From: an uncultured Gemmatimonadaceae bacterium
Lineage (GTDB): Bacteria > Gemmatimonadota > Gemmatimonadetes > Gemmatimonadales > Gemmatimonadaceae
Reading direction: 5' to 3'
Length of the DNA: 64,000 nucleotides
Assembly: GCA_963829055.1 (NCBI GenBank)
Contig: CAWHHI010000011.1
Span: 352,001 to 416,000, forward strand
Below are positions 34,400 to 47,708 of this stretch, one piece after another. The notes under the pieces were generated by a model. It was not told the DNA's origin. It worked only from the letters and a program-made list of their open reading frames with translations, and did not search any database. Both the position numbers and the translations under genes were made by a program. Position 1 is the stretch's first letter, and every line of letters starts with the position of its first letter.

Positions 34400-37300
34400 T
34401 CAGGGCCCGAAGTCGAGCGCCTTTCGCAGCGTGAGGCCGTCGCGACGAAATCCAACCGCGACGAAAGCGCCCGAGTGTGGGCTGCGCGTGGCCGCCGCGC
34501 CATCGATCGTTTCGATCTCGAGGTCGTGCCGCCGCTGGCCTCCCGGAGACGGCAGCGACAAGTGCGCGACGAGCGACTCGGCCGCGGCGCGCGCGTCCTC
34601 CTCGGACGTGTCCGCTGCGACGATGATGCGCCGACCGCGCGCTTCCGCCGACATGATCACCCGACCCCGCATGGTGACGAGCAGCGCCCCGCGCCCCCTG
34701 CGGCCGCGCGAGCGCGGGGCGATCGTTCTCGTCCACGACGAGCGGCAACGCGTAGGCGTTCGCCGGGTCGGTCACCGACATCGTGACGGCTGGAGCGCTC
34801 GCATCGGCAGCCGCGTCTCGTAGCGCATCCACCGCGGCAGCCGAGGCGAATTGCGCACCAGCGAGCCCGCGAACGAAATAGCCGCGGCGGACTTCGCCAC
34901 GTAATTCCAGTCGGCGCAGCTCGCGGTAGATGAGTCGCCACGACACCGCGGGCCGTTCGCGTCGCCACCAGTCTCGCGTCACGATCCCGTAGCGATCGAG
35001 CCATTGGCGCGCGATCGCCTCGGCGCGGGTCTCATCGTCCTCGGCCGGCCCCATGATGCCCGGCGTCCTAACGAGTGACCAGCGGCCGACCCAGCCGTCC
35101 CGCCCGCCCGGCAGATCGGGACGTCGCCATTTCGGCAACCGCCGGAGGTTTGGACGTCGCTGCACAATCGGTCGGCCAGGCGAGGGCGAGAAGTCAGCCG
35201 GAAGCCAGCGCGTCGGGTCCGGATCGTCTCGACGATTCCCTGGGAGCAGCGGGCGAAACCTGATGACTTCGCGCAAGGCTTCCGCACTGTCGTTCGTGAC
35301 GAGTCCCGCCGCAGCGAGCTCGCGCAACGCTTCTCGCAGCGCGAGCATCGTGAGTCCTGTCGCGGCTTGCAGGTCGCTGACGAACGACGCGCCGTATGAT
35401 CGCAGCACTTCCACGGTCTTTGTCGCGGCGTCGCTGAGCGCTGCCTTCGCAACCGGTTGCTGCGTGCCGCCCGCGTCGGGCGAAGGGTCAGACGGTGCGA
35501 GCCACCGTGACGCCGTCCCGCGCTCGACGAAGCGGAGCCCCGTGAGCGCGCGCGCCTCGCTGCGCTCCGTCGAACCGGCGTCGCCGATCCAGACGACTGC
35601 GCCGCTCTGCGTGAGCGTGCTGAGCGCCGTCGCGTCGTACGGCCTAACGCGAGACGGCAGGTAGTCGCGCTCCCACGCCAACGGCGGGACGAACGATGCC
35701 GGCAAGCTGACGCACCGCCACGCCAACACCTTCGCCACCGGCGAGACGATCGCGCGGGTCGAGGTGCTGCCACCGCTGCAGGAACGCCACGAGGTCCGGG
35801 AGACCTACGGCCGTGATCTGCTGCCTCGCGTGTCGCCAGCGCTCGGCGACGCGCGTGCTCGAGCACGCGCCGCGAACACCAGCGCGCCACACTTCGATCG
35901 TTGCCGTAGAAGCCGCGAACGAGCTTCCCTTCCCGCTGCCACTCTTCGAGGCGCGCGGCGATCCACGACTCGGGAAAGTCGTACCGAGCGCGGATCTCGT
36001 CGACCGACACGGGGCCCGAGAGTGTCAGCCACCGTGCGAGAATCTCCCGCCGCGCTGCGCCGCGACTGAGTACGGGCTCACGAAGCGTGGCGGGCACGAC
36101 GTCGGCGGCAGGGCGCGCGTCGAGGTCCGGTCCGGACTCGTACGATCGTACCGGCGTCCAGACGCGAATGCGGCCGCATAACGCGCGAACGTCTCGGTGA
36201 GGATCAGCCGCGTCGCTCCGTCCTCCGCCGACGGCGTGCTCGCGGCGGGGACGTCGATGCCGATCAGACGCGTCGCTCGCGAGAAGATCGACGAGCGGAT
36301 CGCCGCGGGTCCATCGGGCCGGATCGGCGACGCGCTCACGGGCTTCATCGAGCGTGACGTCACCCGCGCGGTCGATGAGCGCTGCAAGCTCGTCGGCGTT
36401 TCGCGCGCGACGATTCGCGCGCGGTACCACGCCGAATCGCGAGCACTTCGTCGATCGCTTCCGTCGTTTCGGGATCGGCGCCTTCGCTGCCCATGACTTC
36501 GTCGAGCAGCGCGCGGTCGAGCGAGAGATACGCGGCCCGCTGTTCGGCGCGCGGCGTGTCGTCGACGTACAGCCAGTCCATGACGAACCCGAACTGCAGC
36601 GACGCCGCGAACGGCGACGGCCGATCGAGCTCTACGACGCGAACGCGGATCGCACCGCTGCGCAGGTCGCCGAGCACGCGTCGCGAGCGCGGACATGTCG
36701 AACGCGTCCTGCAGCACGTCGCGATACGTCTCGACGAGAATCGGGAACGACGGGAACGCTCTGGACGGTCTGCAAGCAGATCGAGCGCCTTGAGTCGCTG
36801 CAGCCACAGCGGCATGCGCGTCTGCGGATTGCCGCGCGGCAGGAGCAGCGCACGAGCAGCGTTCATGCGGAAGCGCGCGCCGAACAGCGACGTGCTCCCG
36901 ACTTCGTCGAGGATGCGCCGCTCTGCCTCGGCGGCTCGAGCCCGAGGATCGCGTCGACCGGAATGCGGTCCGCCGAGGTTGGGCAGGCGAAGCATGATCC
37001 CATCATCGGTCGTTTGACTTGAACATCGGGACTGGGAACTCGGGAACCGGGAACCGGGTCTCCCGAACCAGTTGCCGGTTCCCCGTTCCCTGTTCCCGAT
37101 TCCCGACAGCGCTTCGCGCACGCGCTGCGCCAGCGCCATTCCCCACGGCGCGTTCACTCGACCACCGAACGGCGCGTGCAGGACGATGCGAACGGCGCCG
37201 ACCTCGTCGCGGAAATGCTCGAGCACGAGCTCGCGGTCGTCAGGCACCGAACCGCACACCGCGCGTTGCTCGCGCACGTAGCCGACGAGCGAGCGCATCG

Positions 37301-39172
37301 TCGCCCGGTCCGCGGAGTAGCGCGTCGGCGAGCACGTCGAGCGCCGCTTCGTCATCCGGATCGACGCCGCGACCGTGCGACGCAGCTCGCCGATGCGGTG
37401 GCTCAGGTGGAACGAGCGCGCCATGTACTCGCCGTGCCAGAACGGCATCCGCGCGGGCGCGCCCGGGCGCCGGCGTCACGATGACGCGGTCGTGCTCGAT
37501 GGCCGAGATCCGCCACGTGCTCGAGCCGAGCTGGAAGACGTCGCCGACGCGCGACTCGTGCACGAACTCCTCGTCGAGCTCGCCGAGTCGCGTGCGGTCC
37601 GGAAGATTGACCGTGTAGAGACCGCGATCGGGGATCGTTCCGCCGGAGATGACCGCCGTCATGCGACTGGCGCGCGATCCCGTTAGGCGATCGGTCACGC
37701 GGTCCCACGTCAGGCGCTGCGCGAGCTCGGCGGCGAGGTCCGACGGATACTTCCCGGACAGCATCGCCAGCACTTCGTCGAACGCGGCTCGCGTGAGCGT
37801 CTGGTACGGATACGCCCGTCGAACGACGCTCGAACAGATCGGCCGACGTCCAGTCGTCCACCGACACCGCGGCGACGATGACCTGCGCGAGCACGTCGAG
37901 CGCGTTGTGCACGACGCGCGTCGGCTCGACGTCGCCGTCGCGCATCGCCTGGACGATCGCCGGTGAGCTCCATCGCGTCGTCGAGGAACGTCGGAACGAA
38001 CACCCCGCGGCTCACGGCACCGAGCGTGTGCCCGGCGCGTCCGACGCGCTGCAGTCCGTTCGCGACTCGCTTCGGGCTCTGGAGCTGAATCACGAGATCG
38101 ACCGACCCGATGTCGATGCCCAGCTCCAGGGAGCTCGTGCTGACGAGCGCGCGCAGATCACCGGCCTTGAGGCGCTGCTCGAGCAGCAGGCGTCGCTCGC
38201 GCGACAGCGACCCGTGATACGGCAGCGCGAGCTGCTCGTCCGGCGAGCGTGTTGATGCGCGCCGCCATGCGCTCTGCCTGGCCGCGATTGTTCACGAACA
38301 CGAGCGTCGTGCGCGCCGCGCGGATGCGCTCGAGCACGAGCGGCGCGACGGACGTCCAGATCGTGCCGCCGACGTCGCTCAGGTCCGGGACCGGCGAGAC
38401 GATCGCCGTCTCGGTCTTCTTCACGAGGCCGCAGTCGACGATGCGGCAGTCGCGCGCGCCGACGAGAAACCGCGCGATCTCCTCGAGCGGTCGCTGCGTC
38501 GCCGACAGGCCGATGCGCTGCAGCGGGCGCCCAACGAGATGCTCGAGGCGCTCGAGCGTGAGCGCGAGGTGCGCGCCGCGCTTCGTGCCGGCCACCGCGT
38601 GGATCTCATCGACGATCACCGCGCGAAGCGCGCTGAACATGCCGCGGCCCGCGCAGGCTCGTGAGCAGGATGTGCAGCGACTCGGGCGTCGTGATGAGGA
38701 TGTGCGGCGTCGTGCGCATCATCCGCGCGCGCGCGGACGCGGGCGTGTCACCCGTTCGCACGGCGACGCGGATCTCGGGAAACTCCTCGCCGTCCGCGAT
38801 GAAGCGCTCGCGCAGCTCCGCGAGCGGACGCTCGAGGTTGCGCTGGATGTCGTTGTTGAGCGCCTTGAGCGGCGAGATGTAGAGGAGGTGGATCGCGTTC
38901 GCGAGCGGACGCTCGAGGCCATCGGTGATGAGCGCGTTGAGCTCCCAGAGGAACGCCGCGAGCGTCTTGCCCGTGCCGGTCGGCGCGAGGATGAGCGCGT
39001 TCTCGCCGCTCGCGATCGCCGGCCAGCCCCTGCTGCTGCGGCGCGCTCGGCGCGCCTAACGTTTCGGTGAACCACCGGCGGACGATCGGATGGAAGTCGC
39101 GGAGCGCCGCTTGCGCGGCCGGTGCTGCGCGCGAACCACGCGACCGGCGTGCCCGCCTCGCGGCGTCGCCAT
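34400..39172 (-). CDS. lhr: Long Lhr-type SF2 helicase with C-terminal winged-helix domain, many frameshifts
   Basis: [80 protein letters not shown]. Confidence 0.92.
37026..37108. repeat. Inverted heptamer-repeat hairpin inserted within lhr
   Basis: gggaactcgggaaccgggaacc ... ggttccccgttccctgttcccgattccc. Confidence 0.75.
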
Positions 39173-39411
39173 CGTCAGTCGAGCGTCGCGAGGCGCCGGC
39201 GCGAGCCGGACGACCGTTCGGCTTCGGGACGATCTGTCCCACGACCGCACAGCGCGCTCGCCCGGACCTCGCGGCGAGCGACGCGACAACCGATTGTGAC
39301 GCAACGACATGGCACAACGTCGCCGCGGCACGAAGCTTTCGTTTGGGACAGGCAATCATTCGCAGGCGCTCCATCCTCCTGCTCCAGCCTCATCCGGGTC
39401 ATCAGACAGCC

Positions 39412-41851
39412 GTGCTTCAAGATATTCGCTACGCCGCGCGGAAGCTTTCGCGCACGCCCGGCTTCACGCTCATCGCCGCGTTCACGCTCGCGCTCGCGAT
39501 CGGCGCGACGACCGCGATCTTCAGCGTCATCGACGGCGTGCTCCTCAAGCCGCTGCCGTTCCGCGACCCCGAGCGCGTCGTCCGCGTGACGAACATGCGC
39601 GACGGGAATCGCATGGTCGTCGTCGGTGCCCGGACTTCCTCGACTTCCGCACCCAGATCGAAGTCGTTCTCGTCGATGGCGGCGATCGACAATCAGGCGA
39701 TGAACCTGACCGGCGGCTCCGAGCCCGAGCGCGTGCAGGCGGCGCGCGTCAGCGCGACGTTCTGGAGTCTGCTCGGCGTCACGCCGCCGATCGGCCGCGG
39801 CTTCGCGCCGAACGAGGACGCGCAGTCCGCCGGGCGCGTCGTCGTGTTGAGCGACGGGCTGTGGAAGCGACGCTTCGGCGCCGATCGACGCATCGTCGGC
39901 AAGACGATCGCGCTCGACGGCAACACGCTACACCGTGATCGGCGTCGCGCCGCCGCGGTTCAGCTTCCCGGACCGCCCCGACGTCTGGGTTCCGCTCGTC
40001 TTCTGCACCGGACGACCTCAATCCCGAGAACCGCGGCGCGCACTGGATGGGGATGATCGGCCGTCTCGCGCCTAACGTGACGGTCGCGCAGGCCACGGCC
40101 GAGCTGGTCACGCTGACCCGGCGGCTGGAGCAGCAGTATCCCGGAGTCGAACACGAACATGACGCGGCGCGGTCATCCCGATGCAGGAGTACATGGTCGG
40201 CGATGTGCGTCCGGCGCTCTACGTCATGCTCGGCGCCGTGGCGTTCGTGCTGCTCATCGCGTGCGCCAACGTCGCGAACCTGCTGCTCGTGCGGGCGGCG
40301 TCTCGCGAGTCGGAGATGGCGGTGCGCACCGCGCTCGGCGCCGGGTGCGTGGCGAATCGTTCGGCAGCTCGTGACCGAGAGCGTGCTGCTCGCGGTCGTC
40401 GGCGGCGTGTTCGGAACGCTGCTCGCGCTGTGGGGCGTGGACCTGCTGCTCGCGATGGCGCCTAACGGGTTGCCACGGATCAACGAGGTGACGGTCAATC
40501 GGCACGGTGCTCCTGTTCACGGCCGGCGTCGACGGCGCTCACCGGTGTGCTGTTCGGGTTGTTCCCCGCGCTTCACGCGGCGCGCGCGAACGTGAGCGGC
40601 ATGTTGAAGGAGGGCATGCGCGGCTCGAGCGGCGGCGTTGCGAGTCGCCGCGCGCGCAACAGGCTCGTCATGGCGGAGATGGCGCTCGCCGTCGTGCTGC
40701 TCGTCGGCGCCGGACTGCTGATCCGCAGCTTCTCGCAAGCTGCTCGCCGTCGATCCCGGGTTCCGCGCGGAGCGCGTCGTCACGTTCGCGATTGCGGCGC
40801 CGGATACGAAGTACGGTCAGTACGCGCAGCGTCGCGAGCTCGTGCGCCGATCTCATCGAGCGCATGAAGCGCGTGCCGGGAGCGCAGGGCGCGGCGATCG
40901 TCACCGGTCTGCCGCTCGGCAACATCGATGATGCGCACGTCTGCCCACATTGTGGGCACGCCTCCGGATCGGCCGGCGGAGCGGAAGTCCACGGACGTCG
41001 CGATGGTGACGCCCGGGTATTTCACGACCATGGGCATTCCGCTGGTCGGCGGGCGTGACTTCACCGATCGCGACGGGAGCGGCGCGCCGGTCGTGTCGAT
41101 CGTGAATCAGGAGTTCGTCAAGCGCTACTTCCCTAACGAGAACCCGATCGGCAAGCGCATCGCGCTCGGCTGGGACCAGGACACCGCCTCGACGGGTGGC
41201 AACATGACGCTCGGCGGCGAGATCGTCGGCGTCGTCGCCAACGTGAAGCGGCGCGGCCTGAGCCAGGAGGTCTTTCCGGAGACGTACGCGTCGTACATGC
41301 AGCCGACGTTCTCGAACTTCTCGGTCGTCGTGCGGTCGACGGCGGATCCGTCGACGGTCGATGGCGGCCATTCGCGCGCAGGTTCGTGAGCTCGATCGCG
41401 ACCTGCCGTTGAGCGAGCTGCGTCAGCTCAAGGAGCTCGTGTCGGCGTCGGTGTCGCGGCCGCGGTTCTACACGACGATCCTCGGCGTCTTCGCGTCGAT
41501 CGCGCTGATTCTGGCGGCGGTCGGGATCTACGGCGTGATCTCGTACGCGGTGAGCCTGCGAACTCGCGAGCTGGGGATTCGGATCGCACTGGGCGCGACG
41601 GGTCGTCAGGTGTCGGGGCTCGTGCTGCAGCAGGGCGTGGCGCTCGCGATCGCCGGTGTGCGTGGTTGGCGGCGCGGGCGCGTACTGGCTCACGCGACTT
41701 CTGAGCAAGCTGTTGTTCGGCGTGAGCGCGACGGATCCGCTGACGTTCGTCGGCGTCGCCGGCACTTCTGACGGCGATCGCGGCGCTCGCGTCCTTCGTT
41801 CCGGCTCGGCGCGCAGCGCGAGTGGATCCGCTGCTCGCTATGCGAGAGTAA
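39412..41851 (+). CDS. ADOP-type duplicated ABC permease, frameshifted
   Basis: [29 protein letters not shown]...IRIALGA. Confidence 0.9.
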
Positions 41852-41853
41852 TG

Positions 41854-42004
41854 GCGCAACAGAACGGGTAATTCGGTTAGCTGGAATTGGTTATCGAGTG
41901 CAGTCTGAACCCTCGGGATGCTCGATCTCGCTTGCGAGAGTCTTCCCGAGGGTTCTGATCACTCGATAACCCGTACCAGTAACCTGTTACCAGCTCTGTT
42001 GCGC
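41854..42004. repeat. Imperfect hairpin of about 150 nt between convergent genes
   Basis: Nested arms gcgcaacaga/tctgttgcgc, ggttatcgagtg/cactcgataacc, gaaccctcggga/tcccgagggttc. Confidence 0.8.
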
Positions 42005-42006
42005 GG

Positions 42007-43214
42007 TTAGTGGCAGGTTCCTGACCCGGAATCCGTGAAGGTCGCCGGCAGCCGGGATGAACTGCCAGTCGTATCCGCCCGCTGTGCAGCGTCAGCTTCA
42101 GCACGCCCATGGACGTGTTGTTGCGGCGCTCGCTGTTCGGCTCGGTGTCGGCTGAACGAGTAGAGCGCTCGCGCCACCGGTGCCGACCGTGAACTGGCGG
42201 ATGCCGTTGGCGCATCGGCGACGGCGTTAGGCGTCTGCGGCGCGAATCGCTCGTACACGTGCTCGTGGCCGTTCAGAACGATCGTCTGCACCGGCCGCGT
42301 AGAGCGCGTCCCAGAACGGCGCCACGTTCAGTGATGGTTCCCGTGCTCTGCGCCGGAGTTGAACCGCGGATGGTGCCAGTACGCGAGCGTGCACGACTTC
42401 GTGTTCGCGGCGAGGTCCGCCTCGAGCCACTGGACCTGCGCGGACGTGGCTGAACAGCTGATCGTCGCTGCAGGCCGAGTTGCTGTTCAGAACGACGATG
42501 TGCCAGGCGCCCAGGTCGTAGCTGTAATACCCCTTGGTCGGGATCGCCCGCCGCGCTGCCGAAGTAGCCGAAGTACCCGGCGGCATCCGCGGTGTGGTAC
42601 TCGTGGTTGCCTGGCGTTGGCATCGTTCGCGCCTTATGTCGGCCCCACGATCGGGTTGTAGCAATTCGCGTAGTCGGTCGCCGACCCGTTCAGGGTACGC
42701 GTTGTCGCCGAGCGTGAACACGGTGCCGGTCGATGCGTCGAGCAATGTTCGCGGTCGCGTCGTCGCCGGTCGAACCACAGACCGCAATGTCACCCGCGCC
42801 AATCGAGCACCTGGCGGCGCGGGCGGGGGGGCGGCGTGGAAACCGTGATCGACGAGTTCCGGACTTGCCACCGGCCGACGCACTGATCGTCGCAGCACCC
42901 GCCGCAACACCGGTGACGAGTCCCGTCGACGACACCGTCGCCACCGCGGTGTTCGACGAGCTCCAGTGAACGTCGTGGCGGATCCGGGCGGGTTCGCAGT
43001 CGCCGTGAGCTGCACCGTTGTGCCAGCCGCGACGGTGGCGCTCGAAGGCGACGACCGAGATCGACTTCACGGTCTTCGGCGGACCCGCCCTTGGCGAACG
43101 ATGGCGCCAGCGTGTCCGGCGCTGGCGGAGCGACGTGTCGGAGCATGCCGCGAACGCGACGGCGACGCTGCCCGATGACAGCCGCGCCGCGTAAACGATG
43201 GTGCGTCTCTGCAT
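42007..43214 (-). CDS. Lipoprotein with Big_2 Ig-like domain and calcineurin-like metallophosphoesterase, frameshifted
   Basis: FAAC lipobox; [39 protein letters not shown]. Confidence 0.85.
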
Positions 43215-43487
43215 AACCTCTCGCTTGCGAATTCGATCCACCGACGTTCGGCCGGTGGAATCACCCACACAAGTGCCGCACCGTCACGCAACAGACATGC
43301 TGCTGACCTGCTGACCTAACGCGGTAACGGCGAGACACACGTGATTTTGGTTACCGACTGGCGCATCGGAGAGAACGGCCATCATCTCCATGGGAACGCG
43401 TGCATCCCCGAGACGCGGCGCCGCTGGCGGCGGCGCTCGCGCCGATGCAACATCCGGGCGCGGCTGCCATTCACGCAACCATCCTCA

Positions 43488-45191
43488 ATGCCCGCACACG
43501 TCTACCTAATCGTCATAATCTTCCCGAACTTCGCGGAGCACAACTCTCCTGACTTCTCGTCGCGATTTTCTGACCGGCGCCGCCGGCGCCGTCGCCGCCA
43601 TGGTGGGCGCGCCCTCGGTCATCCTTCCGCGACGCAGCCGCACTACGACCTCGTGATCCGCGGCGGCAACGTCATCGACGGCACGGGCGCACCCGCGGTC
43701 GAGATGGACGTCGCGGTGCAGCGGCGGCCGCATCACGGCTGTCGCATCGACGCATCGCCGACAAAGGCACGGTCGAGATCGATGCGCGCGGCGTCGCCGT
43801 CGCGCCGGGATTCATCGACATCCACTCGCATGGCGACGGCTCGCTGTTCTCCGACCCGCGATCCGAGTCGGTGATCCGTCAGGGCGTGACGACGATCGTC
43901 GTCGGGCAGGACGGCAGCTCGCGCTTTCCCTCGCGACGAGCGGGGACGACGAGGCGGCTACGCCTCGTACACGGCGTTCGCGGCGCCATCGATCGCCTAC
44001 CGAGCTCCGTGAACGTCGCGTCGATGATCGGGCTCGGCACCATTCGCGGGATCGTGGTCGGTGCACGACGATCGTCCGGCGACGCCTGACGAGCTGCAAG
44101 CGCATGTGACGATGGTTCGCGACGCGATCGCCGACCGGTGCATGTGGTGCGTCGTCGGGGCTCGAGTACACGCCGGGCGCGTTCGCGTCACGGGCCGAGC
44201 TCGCCGCGTTATGCGCGCCGCTGGCCGCGGCGACGGCTTCCGTACTCGACGCACATGCGCAACGAGGACGATCGGCTGCTCGACGCGATCGACGAATCGA
44301 TCGACGTCGCGCGTCAGGCGCAGCTGCCCGCTGCAGATCTCGCACCTCAAGACACAGGGGCCGCGCAACTGGGGCAAGCTCGACGAGGTGTTCCGTCGTA
44401 TCGATGACGCGCGCCGCGGCGGCATGGACATCATGTTCGACCGCTACCCCTACATCGCGTACCAGACCGGCCTAACGAATCTCTTCCCGGTCTGGAGCCG
44501 AGACGGCGGGACCGCCGCGTTCTTCCGCCGCCTCGACGATCCCGTCGACGTCCGACCGCATCAAGCGCGAGACGCTCGCGAAGATCGAGCTCATCGGCGG
44601 CTGGGACAACGTTCTCATCTCGGGCGTGGGCCGCGGCGGCGACACGACCGCCGAAGGCAAGCGACTCGGCGCATTCGCGCAGGCCAAGGGCGGCCGACCC
44701 GTACGACGCGACGGTGGCGCTGCTGCGCTCCGCAACGGCAACGTCGGTATGGTCGGCTTCGCCATGAGCGAGGACAATCTCGAGCGCATCCTCGCGCATC
44801 CGCTCGGCATGGTCTGCAGCGATGGCGGCGCGTTCGCGACGACGGCGCGTCGCGCCGCGGCAGCCCGCACCCACGCGGGCTCGGCACGTTCCCCCGCGTA
44901 CTCGGCCGCTACGTGCGCGAGCGAAAGGCACTCACGCTCGAGCAGGCGGTGAGGAAGATGAGCGCACTGCCTGCGTCGCGCATCCGACTCGGCGACCGCG
45001 GCCGCATCGCGCCGAAGCTCGCGGCGGACCTCGTGGTCTTCGACCCCGCGACGGTGACGGACAAGGCGACGTTCGAGGATCCGTTCCAGTATCCCGGAAG
45101 GCATTCGCGCGGTCATCGTGAATGGGCAGATCGCGTTCCGCGATGGACAGCGAACGAAGGCGGCGGCGGGAAGGCGCTCAGGCCCAGCTGA
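43488..45191 (+). CDS. N-acyl-D-amino-acid deacylase (D-aminoacylase), frameshifted, start uncertain
   Basis: DLVIRGGNVIDGTG, PGFIDIHSH, HMRNE, ISHLK, PHPRGLGTFPR, ADLVVFD; SRRDFL Tat-like motif upstream. Confidence 0.88.
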
Positions 45192-45192
45192 A

Positions 45193-45305
45193 CGGGAACA
45201 TGGGACATCGGGACAGCGGACGGGATCATGACGGCCGCGTAGCCGTGCGGCAGAAGCTTCACGGCAAGAGCCTGCGATGCCCGGGTCCCCATGTCCCCGT
45301 TCCCG
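45193..45305. repeat. Inverted repeat hairpin between convergent genes
   Basis: cgggaacatgggacatcgggac pairs imperfectly with gtccccatgtccccgttcccg. Confidence 0.6.
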
Positions 45306-46630
45306 CTATTCCTTCGCAGCTGCGCCTACGACGACTTCTCCGCCTTTCATCACGAACTTCACCTTGCTGCAGATCTTTCACGTCCTTGAGCGGGTCGCCC
45401 TCGACCGCGATGATGTCGGCCAGCTTGCCCGCTTCGATCGACCCAATGCGATCGGCCCAGCCTAACAACGTCGCTGCATTCACCGTCGCCGTCCGCAGCA
45501 CCTCGAGCGGCGACATGCCCGCCTCCTGATACGCCTGCAGCGTCAGCAGGCTCGCCTGGCCGCGCGTCTTCCCCGGCGTGTCGTAGTACTCGTCCGACCC
45601 GAACGCGACCTTCACGCCGGCCTTCACCGCGCGCATGAGCCGCTCGGCGTTTCGCCTTCGCGAACTGCTGTGCGCCCGCGAGCTGCTGACGCTTCTGCTC
45701 CGGCGTGAGGTTACTCGGACCCAACCCCTCGACGTAGAACTCGGCCGGGTAGTCCGTGGCGACGAGGTAGATCCCCTTCTGCGCCATCATTCTCAGCACC
45801 TCGTCCGGAACCGTGTAGGCATGCTCGATCGATGTCACGCCCGCCTCAGCCGCAATGCGCGTGGCCGTGTCACCGATGGCGTGCGCGGCAACCGTGCGGT
45901 TCACGCGTCGCGCTTCCTCGACAATCGCCTTCATCTCGTCCAGCGACACCACGCGCGGACCCGTGTTCACGATGACCTTGATGAGGTCCGCCCCGTCGTA
46001 GAACGCCTGCCTAACGGCTCTGCGCGCTTCGTCGACGGTGCTCACCACCGCGTACTCCTGTTCGATCAGCTTCTGCGTCTCGGGCTGTAGCGGGCCAAAC
46101 TGGCCACCGGCAGCGGACAGCGCGCGCGTCGACGCGCGAATGCGCGGGCCCATGACCCAGCCCGCGTTGATCGCATCGCGCAGCGCGACGTCTCCGCCGA
46201 AGCCGGAGTTCCCGACATCGCGCACCGTCGTTATGCCGGCCTCCAGATCCTCACGGCCCATCTTCGCGCCGAGCAGAGCGCGCTTGGCCGTGCTCATGGT
46301 GGCGACCGTCATCAACATGTTCGGGTCATCGCCGCCGAGATCGCCGCGATAGTTCTGCAGCAGATGCGTGTGCGCGTCGATGAGGCCGGGCAGCAGGGTG
46401 ACGTTACCGAGGTCCGTCACCTTGGCGCCGCTCGGGATGGCGGCATTGGAGCCGACGCTCACGATGCGCCCGGCGCGAATCACGACGACCGGATTCTCCA
46501 TCGTCGTTCCGCTCTTCGGATCCACCATGCGCGCGGCGCGGAGCACAGTCGTCGGTGGCGCGGCTACCCCCGGCGTTGCCTGGGCACCGGCAGAAATTAC
46601 CGGGAGCTGAGCGATGCATGCTGCGACCAC
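45306..46630 (-). CDS. Secreted amidohydrolase (prolidase-like metal-dependent), frameshifted
   Basis: PGLIDAHTH, GITTVRDVG, AAHA, SIEH, FGSD, GKLADIIAV. Confidence 0.88.
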
Positions 46631-46829
46631 GACACGGCGAGCAGTGCGGGCAGATTGAATTCACGAAGTCCTCGAACGGAGCGAGCTGAGATGCGACGAG
46701 TCGACAGAGAACTCGAATCTATCGGTCGAGGCTGCGCGAGGCAGCCGTCGAGTTGGGCGTGTCTCTTGCTTTTACGCATGCCGAGGCGGCCGGGGCCGTT
46801 CCTGGCGCGCGAACGGAGAGATCACCACC

Positions 46830-47708
46830 ATGCGACTAAACAGAATATATTGCCCAATCCATTGTCCTCGCCTTGGTCACATCGCACGACTGCGTCGGCC
46901 CAGGTCACGCTTCGCAACACGGCCCGCGAGTTGACCGATGCGCTCAGCGACGTCGCTTCATATCTGGGTATCGCCATTCCGCGCGGAAGGACGCGACTGG
47001 ATCTCGGCGTTGGGCGTCGCGGCCGGAGCGGCGGCCCTGTTGCCTGTCGACGATCAGGTCGATTCGTGGATCGTGCGTCACTCGAACGCGGCCATCGTGC
47101 GTGCGGTGTCGCCGTGGGATGAGAACCATCCGAATCTCGGAGACCTGTCCACGGGACAGCGGCTGCTTCCCATCTCGGTGGCGCTGCTCGTACCCGGCAT
47201 GATCAGCGACAACCGCAAACTCAGAGAGGCGGGCTGGGGATGTCTATCAGCCTGGCAGGCGAGCAGCACGATTCGCGAAGCCGTGTATGCCGGCATCTCT
47301 CGCGAGCGGCCGTCGATTGCAGAGGGAGATCAGTACGCCATCACCACACCAGGTGGAGAGTGGGAGTACCACTCGTTTTTCGCCGGCCACGCGACGAACG
47401 CATGGGCGTGCACGTCGTTCTGGAACTCACGCTTTCATCTGGGCGCGCTCGAACCGATTCTCTACGCCGGCGCGACCGGAATCACGCTCTCGCGCATGAA
47501 GGACCGCCGACACTGGGCGTCGGACACGTGGGTGGGCATCGCGGCAGGCTACGCGATGGGCCGATCGGTTGCTGCGCGTTATGCACGGCGTGAGGCCAAG
47601 CGCAACGCGAAGCCCGAGGCAGAGCCGATTCGTGCGTCGTTCCTCGAAGGCCTCTCGGTGGCGCCAACACGCGGCGGCCTCGCGCTCGGCTGGTCGGGCA
47701 TTTTCTAA
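46830..47708 (+). CDS. PAP2 superfamily phosphatase, N-terminal frameshift
   Basis: [22 protein letters not shown]. Confidence 0.8.

Noticed and set aside
34400..39172. Lhr as part of an anti-phage defence island
   Set aside because: No nuclease, methylase, toxin or mobile genes are adjacent; it fits the housekeeping repair type.
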